Source: Eledone cirrhosa (lineage: Eukaryota). Taken from it: DNA of 64,000 bases. This document shows positions 44,308-60,160 of the stretch, piece after piece. The first letter of the stretch is position 1, and each line of letters begins with the position of its first letter. Location: positions 60,636,001 to 60,700,000 of the forward strand of contig OZ024745.1 of NCBI GenBank assembly GCA_964016885.1, in the 5' to 3' direction. Made by a program: the position numbers and the translations under genes. The notes beneath the pieces are model-generated. The model was not told the origin of the DNA. It saw only the letters and a list, made by a program, of their open reading frames with translations, and did not search any database.

Positions 44308-45018
44308 ATAAAAGAAAACACAGGTAAGCATTAAGAGAAGGATTTTATCCAGGTATTTACGACCGTTTCATTGGTAAGTCCAACCTTATATTGCTATACT
44401 GCAAATAGCAGCCAGTCAATTATAATTGTTGTTCACAGTCCAGATTTTCAAAATAGTGAGTAAGTTACTCTTGAAATAATTATTAATATATAGAGAAAAA
44501 CATTTATTTGGAATTGCATTTACTAGTATATAGAGAGAGGAATCAGAAGGTGAGGGGACAAACGGAATAGTATAGAGAGAGAGGAAGGGGGAAGAGGTAG
44601 GAAGTAGAGTGACAAAACTGAGATGGAGGGAGGAGTAGATGTGGAAGGATTCCTTGATCAGTTTTGATTGTAGACTTCATGTCGTGGAATGTAGTGAGTT
44701 AAAGAGAATTAAATTGATCATAGTGGGAGGGATGGATAGAGAGAGAGAGAGAGAGGGGGGATATAAAGAGATCAATATATATATAAAAAATAAAGATAAA
44801 GATAATAATGACAAAATAAAAGCAAAGAAGGGGGGAGAAAGAAGAAAAGAAAAGATAGCCAAAAAGGGGAGGGAAGGAAGAAAACGAAGAAATAGATGAG
44901 GAATGAAGTAGAAGGGGGGGATATAGGTATTGGTTTTTGTGGGTAATTAAAAGAGTTTAGATACAACAAGAGGGTATAAAGTCTAAGTATATGCAGTTTG
45001 TCAGTTGGTAGTAAGAGG

Positions 45019-45240
45019 TTAAGGGTTCGATTTGCACTGGTAGTCCGAAAACTTCTCTTTGAGTCTATGGTTACAATAAATTGATCTTTCGATGTTATTG
45101 TTGAGTAACTTATTCTTCGAACTCAAGATGTGGAACAGCTCAAGGTCGCATAATCGACAGCTTCTCATACCACTCCGATATGGGGGGGGGGGGGGGGGGG
45201 GGGCGTTCGATAATTTTTTTCCGCTTCAGGGAATCCTTAC
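45019..45240 (-). pseudogene. PLE GIY-YIG C-terminal fragment (present in each array unit)
   Basis: PYRSGMRSCRLCDLELFHILSSKNKLLNNNIERSIYCNHRLKEKF..*; parallels the end of the 915-1376 ORF; HHR 3' half GAAAC-ggtc-GTA about 650 bp downstream (~44357-44369, minus). Confidence 0.7.
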
Positions 45241-45378
45241 AAACTTGTGGAGTTACCCCTAACCGTACGTTGAAACCATCCATGAAACTGGCTTTCTTAA
45301 CCACGAACTGAACCACAAAAAGCAATTTTCTGCTTCCCTAACTATATATATGATATATATATATCATATATATATAAT

Positions 45379-45416
<38 letters not shown>

Positions 45417-45419
<3 letters not shown>

Positions 45420-45729
45420 TTAGGTTTGTTGGTTCACCACTGGATAGAACTGGTCATTCCGTATGGTCAATCCTGGTGTAATATTGTGAAGAGTACTCAA
45501 CGCAGTGCAGTTCATCCATCTTCGTTTGTGTAGTTGGTGGTGCGAACACGGAGTTAATTATAAATGAAATAAAATAACAGGAGGCTGGACTGGTTGGTGT
45601 AAATCCTTGAAAGGTTTATTATACTATGATCATTTCAATAACCGGGTTCCATATGGAACCCGGTCATTGAAATGATCATAGTATAATAAACCTTTCAAGG
45701 ATTTACATCAGTCCAGCCTCCTGTTATTT

Positions 45730-45737
<8 letters not shown>
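45417..45737. mobile_element. HHR-half fold-back mini-element (family D), palindrome 45564-45737; in all four units
   Basis: Axis in ccgggttcc(atat)ggaacccgg, followed by GAAA-tgatc-ATA-gtataat. Confidence 0.75.
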
Positions 45738-45811
<74 letters not shown>

Positions 45812-45837
45812 CACACACACATATACATATATGTACA

Positions 45838-45936
<99 letters not shown>

Positions 45937-45957
45937 CACACACACATATACATATAT

Positions 45958-46019
<62 letters not shown>

Positions 46020-46047
46020 ACATATATATATATATAAATATTTATAA

Positions 46048-46235
46048 TCTTATCCCGGATTCAATCGGGGGTAACCACAGTAAGTAAGATACTCAATACA
46101 TAGCAGAGTATGAATATTTAATATAGTAATGGCTTCTATAGGACTAGAACTGTTTCATTCAGGAGAAATCATCAGGAAGCCTTGATGATTTCTCCGGAAT
46201 GAAACAGTTCTAGTCCTGCAGAAGCCATTTCTATA
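46048..46235. mobile_element. Family A variant HHR mini-element with fold-back; in all four units
   Basis: Minus strand: ggcttc-CTGATGA-tttctcctgaat-GAAA-cagttctagtcct-ATA-gaagcc. Confidence 0.8.
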
Positions 46236-46390
46236 TATTTTATATATTTTATATATATATATACGTTATTCCGGGTTGAATCGGAGGTAACCACAGTAAG
46301 TAAGGTACTCAATACATTGCAGAGTATAAAAGTTTTAATATAGATGAGATTCTACAGGACTAGAACTGTTTCATTCTTTAGAAATCATCA

Positions 46391-46443
46391 GAGATTCCTG
46401 ATGATTTCTAAAGAATGAAACAGTTCTAGTCCTGTAGAATCTC
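46391..46443 (+). ncRNA. Intact type I HHR of family A (identical copies at 50150-50202, 54196-54248, 57974-58026)
   Basis: gagattc-CTGATGA-tttc(taaa)gaat-GAAA-cag(ttctagtc)ct-GTA-gaatctc. Confidence 0.85.
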
Positions 46444-46444
46444 A

Positions 46445-46483
<39 letters not shown>

Positions 46484-46687
46484 AAATGATGTGAGAAAAA
46501 GCACAGACCCTCCATCTCAACTCTTCTTTTGAAAAGCTGAAGAACTGCGAAACCGGTAAAGGAACCAAATAAATATATATATATATTTTAAAATAAGACT
46601 CGAGTTCCATTTTCGATTTCATCTTTTTTTCTTTATACTTTCACTCGTGTAGGACACGTCGATTATTTTTCATTTTGTAAAATAAAA

Positions 46688-46729
46688 CGAGAACAATTGT
46701 TTCACGCTAAGGTGAAACAATTGTTCTCG
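46688..46729. repeat. Hairpin made of an HHR-like 3' half and its inverse (family E); in all four units
   Basis: cgagaacaattgtttcac(gctaag)gtGAAAC-aatt-GTT-ctcg. Confidence 0.55.
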
Positions 46730-46824
46730 GTATGGTGAACTAACTGTTGTGTAACCACTTCTACCTGATTCGTCCCATGGACTGTGTGCTCTACCACTAC
46801 GGATATTACCTACCAGTGTTCTAC

Positions 46825-46924
<100 letters not shown>

Positions 46925-47476
46925 TGGAATATTCCACTATTATTTTTGGTAAGATGAGAGAAGCACAATGCACACTAAAATTCATCAGCTCGTAAGGAAT
47001 TCAAAATGGACAAAATATTCTTTAAAAGTTAAAATCCTTGTTGTTGAGGACAGTACAGATAGCAGAGCATTAATATTTAAAATGTAGATAAACCAAGGTT
47101 AACAACTTAAAACCATTCTTTAATTTCTACGTAAGTTTCTATACAGGCACATGTATATGGCACATGTATATGGCACATGTATATGGCACATGTATATGGC
47201 ACATGTATATGAAAATTATAAGTTAATCAGAAACAGTTAATTAGCAATCATTTACACAAAACATGATACATATAACATCTGCATATCTCAGGAATTACAT
47301 AATGGAATAAAGTTTACTAGATTCAAATAAGAATAGATCACAGATCAAGTAACGGACGTAAGGCAAGCATTTAACGCAGACTGATGGCTATAATTGCTAA
47401 TGATCTCAAATGGCGAATGCATATCTACACATCTAGGACATTGGGAACAAGTACAGTTGAATGACTATATGTTACG

Positions 47477-47720
47477 CTCCAAGTTTACACTCCAAGCCGC
47501 AGTTTACACTCCAAGTCGAAGTTTTCACTCCAAGTCGAAGTTTACACTCCAAATCGAGGTTTACACTCCAAATCGAGGTTTACACTCCAAATCGAGGTTT
47601 ACACTCCAAATCGAGGTTTACACTCCAAATCGAGGTTTACACTCCAAATCGAGGTTTACACTCCAAGCCGCAGTTTACACTCCAAGCCGCAGTTTACACT
47701 CCAAGTCGAATTTTTTACTC
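47477..47720 (+). repeat. 19-bp junction minisatellite (~13 units)
   Basis: Variants of actccaagtcgaggtttac. Confidence 0.95.
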
Positions 47721-47789
47721 CAATAATTTGTTGAGTGCTTTATATCAGTTATAAAAATGCTGTCTTCCGAACAAACTAAATATAACTTC

Positions 47790-47835
<46 letters not shown>

Positions 47836-47910
47836 TATAGATAAACACACATACATATATCATATATATATATGATATATATATATATATATCAAATATA
47901 TATATATAAT

Positions 47911-47941
<31 letters not shown>

Positions 47942-47959
47942 CTTATATATATATATAAT

Positions 47960-48015
<56 letters not shown>

Positions 48016-49084
48016 ATAAAAGAAAACACAGGTAAGCATTAAGAGAAGGATTTTATCCAGGTATTTACGACCGTTTCATTGGTAAGTCCAACCTTATATT
48101 GCTATACTGCAAATAGCAGCCAGTCAATTATAATTGTTGTTCACAGTCCAGATTTTCAAAATAGTGAGTAAGTTACTCTTGAAATAATTATTAATATATA
48201 GAGAAAAACATTTATTTGGAATTGCATTTACTAGTATAGAGAGAGAGGAATCAGAAGGTGAGGGGACAAACGGAATAGTATAGAGAGAGGGGAAGGGGGA
48301 AGAGATAGGAAGTAGAGTGACAAAACTGAGATGGAAGAAGAGGTAGATGTGGAAGGATTCCTTGATCAGTTTTGATTGTAGACTTCATCTCGTGGAATGT
48401 AGTGAGTTAAAGAGAATTAAATTGATCATAGTGGGAGGGATGGATAGAGAGAGAGAGAGAGAGAGGGGGGGGATATAAAGAGATAAATATATATATAAAA
48501 AATAAAGATAAAGATAATAATGACAAAATAAAAGCAAAGAAGGGGGGAGAAAGAAGAAAAGAAAAGGTAGCCAAAAAGGGAGGGAAGAAAGAAAACGAAG
48601 AAATAGATGAGGAATGAAGGAGAAGGGGGGGATATAGGTATTGGTTTTTGTGGGTAATTAAAAGAGTTTAGATACAACAAGAGGGTATAAAGTCTAAGTA
48701 TATGCAGTTTGTCAGTTGGTAGTAAGAGGTTAAGGGTTCGATTTGCACTTGTAGTCCGAAAACTTCTCTTTGAGTCTATGGTTACAATAAATTGATCTTT
48801 CGATTTTATTGTTGAGTAACTTATTCTTCGAACTCAAGATGTGGAACAGCTCAAGGTCGCATAATCGACAGCTTCTCATATGGGGGCGCATTCGATAATT
48901 TTTTTCCACTTCAGGGAATCCTTACAAACTTGTGGAGTTACCCCTAACCGTACGTTGAAACCATCCATGAAACAGGCTTTCTTAACCACGAACTGGATCA
49001 CAAAAAGCAATTTTCTGCTTCCCTAACTATATATATGATATATATATATATATCATATATATATAATATCATATATATATATAA

Positions 49085-49148
<64 letters not shown>

Positions 49149-49464
49149 TTAGGTTTGTTGGTTCACCACTGGATAGAACTGGTCATTCCGTATGGTCAAT
49201 CCTGGTGTAATATTGTGAAGAGTACTCAACGCAGTGCAGTTCATCCATCTTCGTTTGTGTAGTTGGTGGTGCGAACACGGAGTTAATTATAAATGAAATA
49301 AAATAACAGGAGGCTGGACTGGTTGGTGTAAATCCTTGAAAGGTTTATTATACTATGATCATTTCAATGACCGGGTTCCATATGGAACCCGGTCATTGAA
49401 ATGATCATAGTATAATAAACCTTTCAAGGATTTACATCAGTCCAGCCTCCTGTTATTTTATTTC

Positions 49465-49572
<108 letters not shown>

Positions 49573-49593
49573 CACACACACATATACATATAT

Positions 49594-49689
<96 letters not shown>

Positions 49690-49710
49690 CACACACACAT
49701 ATACATATAT

Positions 49711-49805
<95 letters not shown>

Positions 49806-50203
49806 ATCTTATCCCGGATTCAATCGGGGGTAACCACAGTAAGTAAGATACTCAATACATAGCAGAGTATGAATATTTAATATAGTAATGGCTTCTATAG
49901 GACTAGAACTGTTTCATTCAGGAGAAATCATCAGGAAGCCCTGATGATTTCTCCGGAATGAAACAGTTCTAGTCCTGCTGAAGCCATTTCTATATATTTT
50001 ATATATTTTATATATATATATACGTTATTCCGGGTTGAATCGGAGGTAACCACAGTAAGTAAGGTACTCAATACATTGCAGAGTACAAAAGTTTTAATAT
50101 AGATGAGATTCTACAGGACTAGAACTGTTTCATTCTTTAGAAATCATCAGAGATTCCTGATGATTTCTAAAGAATGAAACAGTTCTAGTCCTGTAGAATC
50201 TCA

Positions 50204-50264
<61 letters not shown>

Positions 50265-51142
50265 AAATGATGTGAGAAAAAGCACAGACCCTCCATCTCA
50301 ACTCTTCTTTTGAAAAGCTGAAGAACTGCGAAACCGGTAAAGGAACCAAATAAATATATATATATATTTTAAAATAAGACTCGAGTTGCATTTTCGATTT
50401 CATCTTTTTTTCTTTATACTTTCACTCGTGTAGGACACGTCGATTATTTTTCATTTTGAAAAATAAAACGAGAACAATTGTTTCAAGCTAAGGTGAAACA
50501 ATTGTTCTCGGTATGGTGAACTAACTGTTGTGTAACCACTTCTACCTGATTCGTCCCATGGACTGTGTGCTCTACCACTACGGATATTACCTACCAGTGT
50601 TCTACCACTATATATATATATATATATACTGGAATATTCCACTATTATTTTTGGTAAGATGAGAGAAGCACAATGCACACTAAAATTCATCAGCTCGTAA
50701 GGAATTCAAAATGGACAAAATATTCTTTAAAAGTTAAAGTCCTTGTTGTTGAGGACAGTACAGATAGCAGAGCATTAATATTTAAAATGTAGATAAACCA
50801 AGGTTAACAACTTAAAACCATTCTTTAATTTCTACGTAAGTTTCTATACAGGCACATGTATATGGCACATGTATATGAAAATTATAAGTTAATCAGAAAC
50901 AGTTAATTAGCAATCATTTACACAAAACATGATACATATAACATCTGCATATCTCAGGAATTACATAATGGAATAAAGTTTACTAGATTCAAATAAGAAT
51001 AGATCACAGATCAAGTAACGGACGTAAGGCAAGCATTTAACGCAGACTGATGGCTATAATTGCTAATGATCTCAAATGGCGAATGCATATCTACACATCT
51101 AGGACATTGGGAACAAGTACAGTTGAATGACTATATGTTACG

Positions 51143-51710
51143 CTCCAAGTTTACACTCCAAGCCGCAGTCTACACTCCAAGTCGAAGTTTTCACTCCAAG
51201 TCGAAGTTTTCACTCCAAGTCGAGGTTTTCACTCCAAGTCGAAGTTTTCACTCCAAGTCGAAGTTTTCACTCCAAGTAGAAGTTTTCACTCCAAGTCGAG
51301 GTTTTCACTCCAAGTCGAGGTTTTTACTCCAAGTCGAGGTTTTCACTCCAAGTCGAGGTTTACACTCCAAGTCGAGGTTTTCACTCCAAGTCGAGGTTTT
51401 CACTCCAAGTCGAGGTTTTCACTCCAAGTCGAGGTTTACACTCCAAGTCGAGGTTTTCACTCCAAGTCGAAGTTTTCACTCCAAGTCGAAGTTTTCACTC
51501 CAAGTCGAAGTTTTCACTCCAAGTCGAAGTTTTCACTCCAAGTCGAAGTTTTCACTCCAAGTCGAAGTTTACACTCCAAATCGAGGTTTACACTCCAAAT
51601 CGAGGTTTACACTCCAAATCGAGGTTTACACTCCAAATCGAGGTTTACACTCCAAGCCGCAGTTTACACTCCAAGCCGCAGTTTACACTCCAAGTCGAAT
51701 TTTTTACTCC
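51143..51710 (+). repeat. 19-bp junction minisatellite (~30 units)
   Basis: Variants of actccaagtcgaagttttc. Confidence 0.95.
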
Positions 51711-51778
51711 AATAATTTGTTGAGTGCTTTATATCAGTTATAAAAATGCTGTCTTCCGAACAAACTAAATATAACTTC

Positions 51779-51846
<68 letters not shown>

Positions 51847-51921
51847 TATAGATAAACACACATACATATATCATATATATATATGATATATATATATATA
51901 TATCAAATATATATATATAAT

Positions 51922-51964
<43 letters not shown>

Positions 51965-51980
51965 TATATATATATATAAT

Positions 51981-52018
<38 letters not shown>

Positions 52019-53090
52019 ATAAAAGAAAACACAGGTAAGCATTAAGAGAAGGATTTTATCCAGGTATTTACGACCGTTTCATTGGTAAGTCCAACCTTAT
52101 ATTGCTATACTGCAAATAGCAGCCAGTCAATTATAATTGTTGTTCACAGTCCAGATTTTCAAAATAGTGAGTAAGTTACTCTTGAAATAATTATTAATAT
52201 ATAGAGAAAAACATTTATTTGGAATTGCATTTACTAGTATAGAGAGAGAGGAATCAGAAGGTGAGGGGATAAACGGAATAGTATAGAGAGAGGGGAAGGG
52301 GGAAGAGATAGGAAGTAGAGTGACAAAACTGAGATGGAAGAAGAGGTAGATGTGGAAGGATTCCTTGATCAGTTTTGATTGTAGACTTCATCTCGTGGAA
52401 TGTAGTGAGTTAAAGAGAATTAAATTGATCATAGTGGGAGGGATGGATAGAGAGAGAGAGAGAGAGAGGGGGGGGGGGATATAAAGAGATAAATATATAT
52501 ATAAAAAATAAAGATAAAGATAATAATGACAAAATAAAAGCAAAGAAGGGGGGAGAAAGAAGAAAAGAAAAGGTAGCCAAAAAGGGAGGGAAGAAAGAAA
52601 ACGAAGAAATAGATGAGGAATGAAGGAGAAGGGGGGGATATAGGTATTGGTTTTTGTGGGTAATTAAAAGAGTTTAGATACAACAAGAGGGTATAAAGTC
52701 TAAGTATATGCAGTTTGTCAGTTGGTAGTAAGAGGTTAAGGGTTCGATTTGCACTTGTAGTCCGAAAACTTCTCTTTGAGTCTATGGTTACAATAAATTG
52801 ATCTTTCGATTTTATTGTTGAGTAACTTATTCTTCGAACTCAAGATGTGGAACAGCTCAAGGTCGCATAATCGACAGCTTCTCATATGGGGGCGCATTCG
52901 ATAATTTTTTTCCACTTCAGGGAATCCTTACAAACTTGTGGAGTTACCCCTAACCGTACGTTGAAACCATCCATGAAACAGGCTTTCTTAACCACGAACT
53001 GGATCACAAAAAGCAATTTTCTGCTTCCCTAACTATATATATGATATATATATATATATCATATATATATAATATCATATATATATATAA

Positions 53091-53192
<102 letters not shown>

Positions 53193-53508
53193 TTAGGTTT
53201 GTTGGTTCACCACTGGATAGAACTGGTCATTCCGTATGGTCAATCCTGGTGTAATATTGTGAAGAGTACTCAACGCAGTGCAGTTCATCCATCTTCGTTT
53301 GTGTAGTTGGTGGTGCGAACACGGAGTTAATTATAAATGAAATAAAATAACAGGAGGCTGGACTGGTTGGTGTAAATCCTTGAAAGGTTTATTATACTAT
53401 GATCATTTCAATGACCGGGTTCCATATGGAACCCGGTCATTGAAATGATCATAGTATAATAAACCTATCAAGGATTTACATCAGTCCAGCCTCCTGTTAT
53501 TTTATTTC

Positions 53509-53620
<112 letters not shown>

Positions 53621-53637
53621 CACACATATACATATAT

Positions 53638-53731
<94 letters not shown>

Positions 53732-53752
53732 CACACACACATATACATATAT

Positions 53753-53820
<68 letters not shown>

Positions 53821-54249
53821 ACATATATATATATATATATATATATTTATAATCTTATCCCGGATTCAATCGGGGGTAACCACAGTAAGTAAGATACTCA
53901 ATACATAGCAGAGTATGAATATTTAATATAGTAATGGCTTCTATAGGACTAGAACTGTTTCATTCAGGAGAAATCATCAGGAAGCCCTGATGATTTCTCC
54001 GGAATGAAACAGTTCTAGTCCTGCAGAAGCCATTTCTATATATTTTATATATTTTATATATATATATACGTTATTCCGGGTTGAATCGGAGGTAACCACA
54101 GTAAGTAAGGTACTCAATACATTGCAGAGTACAAAAGTTTTAATATAGATGAGATTCTACAGGACTAGAACTGTTTCATTCTTTAGAAATCATCAGAGAT
54201 TCCTGATGATTTCTAAAGAATGAAACAGTTCTAGTCCTGTAGAATCTCA

Positions 54250-54298
<49 letters not shown>

Positions 54299-55176
54299 AA
54301 ATGATGTGAGAAAAAGCACAGACCCTCCATCTCAACTCTTCTTTTGAAAAGCTGAAGAACTGCGAAACCGGTAAAGGAACCAAATAAATATATATATATA
54401 TTTTAAAATAAGACTCGAGTTGCATTTTCGATTTCATCTTTTTTTCTTTATACTTTCACTCGTGTAGGACACGTCGATTATTTTTCATTTTGAAAAATAA
54501 AACGAGAACAATTGTTTCAAGCTAAGGTGAAACAATTGTTCTCGGTATGGTGAACTAACTGTTGTGTAACCACTTCTACCTGATTCGTCCCATGGACTGT
54601 GTGCTCTACCACTACGGATATTACCTACCAGTGTTCTACCACTATATATATATATATATATACTGGAATATTCCACTATTATTTTTGGTAAGATGAGAGA
54701 AGCACAATGCACACTAAAATTCATCAGCTCGTAAGGAATTCAAAATGGACAAAATATTCTTTAAAAGTTAAAGTCCTTGTTGTTGAGGACAGTACAGATA
54801 GCAGAGCATTAATATTTAAAATGTAGATAAACCAAGGTTAACAACTTAAAACCATTCTTTAATTTCTACGTAAGTTTCTATACAGGCACATGTATATGGC
54901 ACATGTATATGAAAATTATAAGTTAATCAGAAACAGTTAATTAGCAATCATTTACACAAAACATGATACATATAACATCTGCATATCTCAGGAATTACAT
55001 AATGGAATAAAGTTTACTAGATTCAAATAAGAATAGATCACAGATCAAGTAACGGACGTAAGGCAAGCATTTAACGCAGACTGATGGCTATAATTGCTAA
55101 TGATCTCAAATGGCGAATGCATATCTACACATCTAGGACATTGGGAACAAGTACAGTTGAATGACTATATGTTACG

Positions 55177-55726
55177 CTCCAAGTTTACACTCCAAGCCGC
55201 AGTCTACACTCCAAGTCGAAGTTTTCACTCCAAGTCGAAGTTTTCACTCCAAGTCGAGGTTTTCACTCCAAGTCGAAGTTTTCACTCCAAGTCGAAGTTT
55301 TCACTCCAAGTAGAAGTTTTCACTCCAAGTCGAGGTTTTCACTCCAAGTCGAGGTTTTTACTCCAAGTCGAGGTTTTCACTCCAAGTCGAGGTTTACACT
55401 CCAAGTCGAGGTTTTCACTCCAAGTCGAGGTTTTCACTCCAAGTCGAGGTTTTCACTCCAAGTCGAGGTTTACACTCCAAGTCGAGGTTTTCACTCCAAG
55501 TCGAAGTTTTCACTCCAAGTCGAAGTTTTCACTCCAAGTCGAAGTTTTCACTCCAAGTCGAAGTTTTCACTCCAAGTCGAAGTTTACACTCCAAATCGAG
55601 GTTTACACTCCAAATCGAGGTTTACACTCCAAATCGAGGTTTACACTCCAAATCGAGGTTTACACTCCAAGCCGCAGTTTACACTCCAAGCCGCAGTTTA
55701 CACTCCAAGTCGAATTTTTTACTCCA
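55177..55726 (+). repeat. 19-bp junction minisatellite (~29 units)
   Basis: Nearly the same variant order as 51143-51710. Confidence 0.95.
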
Positions 55727-55793
55727 ATAATTTGTTGAGTGCTTTATATCAGTTATAAAAATGCTGTCTTCCGAACAAACTAAATATAACTTC

Positions 55794-55847
<54 letters not shown>

Positions 55848-55922
55848 TATAGATAAACACACATACATATATCATATATATATATGATATATATATATAT
55901 ATATCAAATATATATATATAAT

Positions 55923-55965
<43 letters not shown>

Positions 55966-55981
55966 TATATATATATATAAT

Positions 55982-56019
<38 letters not shown>

Positions 56020-57090
56020 ATAAAAGAAAACACAGGTAAGCATTAAGAGAAGGATTTTATCCAGGTATTTACGACCGTTTCATTGGTAAGTCCAACCTTA
56101 TATTGCTATACTGCAAATAGCAGCCAGTCAATTATAATTGTTGTTCACAGTCCAGATTTTCAAAATAGTGAGTAAGTTACTCTTGAAATAATTATTAATA
56201 TATAGAGAAAAACATTTATTTGGAATTGCATTTACTAGTATAGAGAGAGAGGAATCAGAAGGTGAGGGGACAAACGGAATAGTATAGAGAGAGGGGAAGG
56301 GGGAAGAGATAGGAAGTAGAGTGACAAAACTGAGATGGAAGGAGAGGTAGATGTGGAAGGATTCCTTGATCAGTTTTGATTGTAGACTTCATCTCGTGGA
56401 ATGTAGTGAGTTAAAGAGAATTAAATTGATCATAGTGGGAGGGATGGATAGAGAGAGAGAGAGAGAGAGGGGGGGGGGATATAAAGAGATAAATATATAT
56501 ATAAAAAATAAAGATAAAGATAATAATGACAAAATAAAAGCAAAGAAGGGGGGAGAAAGAAGAAAAGAAAAGGTAGCCAAAAAGGGAGGGAAGAAAGAAA
56601 ACGAAGAAATAGATGAGGAATGAAGGAGAAGGGGGGGATATAGGTATTGGTTTTTGTGGGTAATTAAAAGAGTTTAGATACAACAAGAGGGTATAAAGTC
56701 TAAGTATATGCAGTTTGTCAGTTGGTAGTAAGAGGTTAAGGGTTCGATTTGCACTTGTAGTCCGAAAACTTCTCTTTGAGTCTATGGTTACAATAAATTG
56801 ATCTTTCGATTTTATTGTTGAGTAACTTATTCTTCGAACTCAAGATGTGGAACAGCTCAAGGTCGCATAATCGACAGCTTCTCATATGGGGGCGCATTCG
56901 ATAATTTTTTTCCACTTCAGGGAATCCTTACAAACTTGTGGAGTTACCCCTAACCGTACGTTGAAACCATCCATGAAACAGGCTTTCTTAACCACGAACT
57001 GGATCACAAAAAGCAATTTTCTGCTTCCCTAACTATATATATGATATATATATATATATCATATATATATAATATCATATATATATATAA

Positions 57091-57155
<65 letters not shown>

Positions 57156-57466
57156 TTTAGGTTTGTTGGTTCACCACTGGATAGAACTGGTCATTCCGTA
57201 TGGTCAATCCTGGTGTAATATTGTGAAGAGTACTCAACGCAGTGCAGTTCATCCATCTTCGTTTGTGTAGTTGGTGCTGCGAACACGGAGTTAATTATAA
57301 ATGAAATAAAATAACAGGAGGCTGGACTGGTTGGTGTAAATCCTTGAAAGGTTTATTATACTATAATCATTTCAATGACCGGGTTCCATATGGAACCCGG
57401 TCATTGAAATGATCATAGTATAATAAACCTTTCAAGGATTTACATCAGTCCAGCCTCCTGTTATTT

Positions 57467-57536
<70 letters not shown>

Positions 57537-57557
57537 CGCACACACATATACATATAT

Positions 57558-57607
<50 letters not shown>

Positions 57608-58027
57608 ACATATATATATATATATATATATATTTATAATCTTATCCCGGATTCAATCGGGGGTAACCACAGTAAGTAAGATACTCAATACATAGCAGAG
57701 TATGAATATTTAATATAGTAATGGCTTCTATAGGACTAGAACTGTTTCATTCAGGAGAAATCATCAGGAAGCCCTGATGATTTCTCCGGAATGAAACAGT
57801 TCTAGTCCTGCAGAAGCCATTTCTATATATTTTATATATATATATACGTTATTCCGGGTTGAATCGGAGGTAACCACAGTAAGTAAGGTACTCAATACAT
57901 TGCAGAGTATAAAAGTTTTAATATAGATGAGATTCTACAGGACTAGAACTGTTTCATTCTTTAGAAATCATCAGAGATTCCTGATGATTTCTAAAGAATG
58001 AAACAGTTCTAGTCCTGTAGAATCTCA

Positions 58028-58074
<47 letters not shown>

Positions 58075-58415
58075 AAATGATGTGAGAAAAAGCACAGACC
58101 CTCCATCTCAACTCTTCTTTTGAAAAGCTGAAGAACTGCGAAACCGGTAAAGGAACCAAATAAATATATATATATATTTTAAAATAAGACTCGAGTTGCA
58201 TTTTCGATTTCATCTTTTTTTCTTTATACTTTCACTCGTGTAGGACACGTCGATTATTTTTCATTTTGTAAAATAAAACGAGAACAATTGTTTCACGCTA
58301 AGGTGAAACAATTGTTCTCGGTATGGTGAACTAACTGTTGTGTAACCACTTCTACCTGATTCGTCCCATGGACTGTGTGCTCTACCACTACGGATATTAC
58401 CTACCAGTGTTCTAC

Positions 58416-58475
<60 letters not shown>

Positions 58476-59453
58476 TGGAATATTCCACTATTATTTTTGG
58501 TAAGATGAGAGAAGCACAATGCACACTAAAATTCATCAGCTCGTAAGGAATTCAAAATGGACAAAATATTCTTTAAAAGTTAAAGTCCTTGTTGTTGAGG
58601 ACAGTACAGATAGCAGAGCATTAATATTTAAAGTTTCTATACAGGTGATAATGGCACATGTATATGAAAATTATAAGTTAATCAGAAACAGTTAATTAGC
58701 AATCATTTACACAAAACATGATACATATAACATCTGCATATCTCAGGAATTACATAATGGAATAAAGTTTACTAGATTCAAATAAGAATAGATCACAGAT
58801 CAAGTAACGGACGTAAGGCAAGCATTTAACGCAGACTGATGGCTATAATTGCTAATGATCTCAAATGGCGAATGCATATCTACACATCTAGGACATTGGG
58901 AACAAGTACAGTTGAATGACTATATGTTACGTTTAAAGTTATGACTTTGTATTTAAATAATTGTTTCTACTTTAGGCACAAGGCCAGCAATTACCCAGTG
59001 CATTACTGGTACTTTATTTTATCGACCCCGTAAGGATGAAAGGCAAAGTCAACCTCGGCGGGATTTGAACTCAGATCGTAAAGGGACGTAACTATGCTTG
59101 AAAGCATGGCGTCCGACCCTCTACCGATACTGCCAATCCACTGCCCTTGTATTTAAATAATCAGTCATGTTCACCTATGTCTAGGTTCTTTTCTTACCGG
59201 TGCCACTCGAATAAGGTAATTATATTAGCCCATAAATGGGGCCCTAACAGGTACTACTACTCCAGACCAGAGCAGACCTGGGAGTTATGACAACTAAAGG
59301 GTAACTCCACATTCCCCACAGCTCCCGAACTGGAGCCTTGCCACTGGATGTAGTTTCATGTCTTACCCAGGACAATGTTCACCTATAATTACTTCCAATG
59401 AACCAATTAGTACTTCTATTGGCATGTATAATGTCCAATATTTTGTCTGTTTT

Positions 59454-59516
<63 letters not shown>

Positions 59517-59922
59517 AGGTAATAACCCGAAACTCCTAGTGGAGCCGTTTGTCACAGTAGTAATATACGGCGTTTCTTGGGCATTTGAAACCAGCGAAGG
59601 AGAGTGGAAGTGAGAAAAAAAAGAAGAAAAAAAACACAGAGTAAGATTCGCCCTCCGTACCGGACAGGTTTTTTTTTCATCGACCCCGAAAAAATGAAAA
59701 GCAAAATTGATTTCGACAGGATTGAACTCAGAGTGCAGAGAGCCAGAACGAATGCCTCAAAGTATTCTATACGACTTTCTAACGACTCTGCCAATTCGCC
59801 GCGTTCTGTATAGTCTGTTTTTAGACTCTATATATTAATATTTAAGCACATCTCTACTACACTTTTAAAAAATAACGCATTGCATAAAATAAACTTAAAG
59901 GATCTTCAGATGGAACATACTT

Positions 59923-60160
59923 TCATTCGAAAACGTCTTGGTTTGCAATGTCAAAAATTTCCTTGAGATCACCTTTCCAAATCTCACGCTTTGCAATTGT
60001 TTTGTCAGTCATCCTTGATTTTTCTTTCTTCCGACCTTGATGCTGCTTATGCAATTTCTTGATTAAAGTGTGCATTTTTTTTTTTTGTTTTGGTAGGAAT
60101 ATTTGCTTTTCCCACACTTCCCAGATCTTTCTGGCTAGTGTTTTTTACAGCAATTGAAAT
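59923..60160 (-). pseudogene. Possible DNA transposase N-terminal remnant (hATm-like)
   Basis: WEK..IKKLHKQHQ..KRE.WK.DL.EIFDIA pattern, recognised from memory only. Confidence 0.35.

Noticed and set aside
51060-51743. 227-aa ORF with 19-aa periodic repeats (also 47394 and 55094)
   Set aside because: Consequence of a 19-bp repeat nearly free of stops in all frames; frame and end differ among copies
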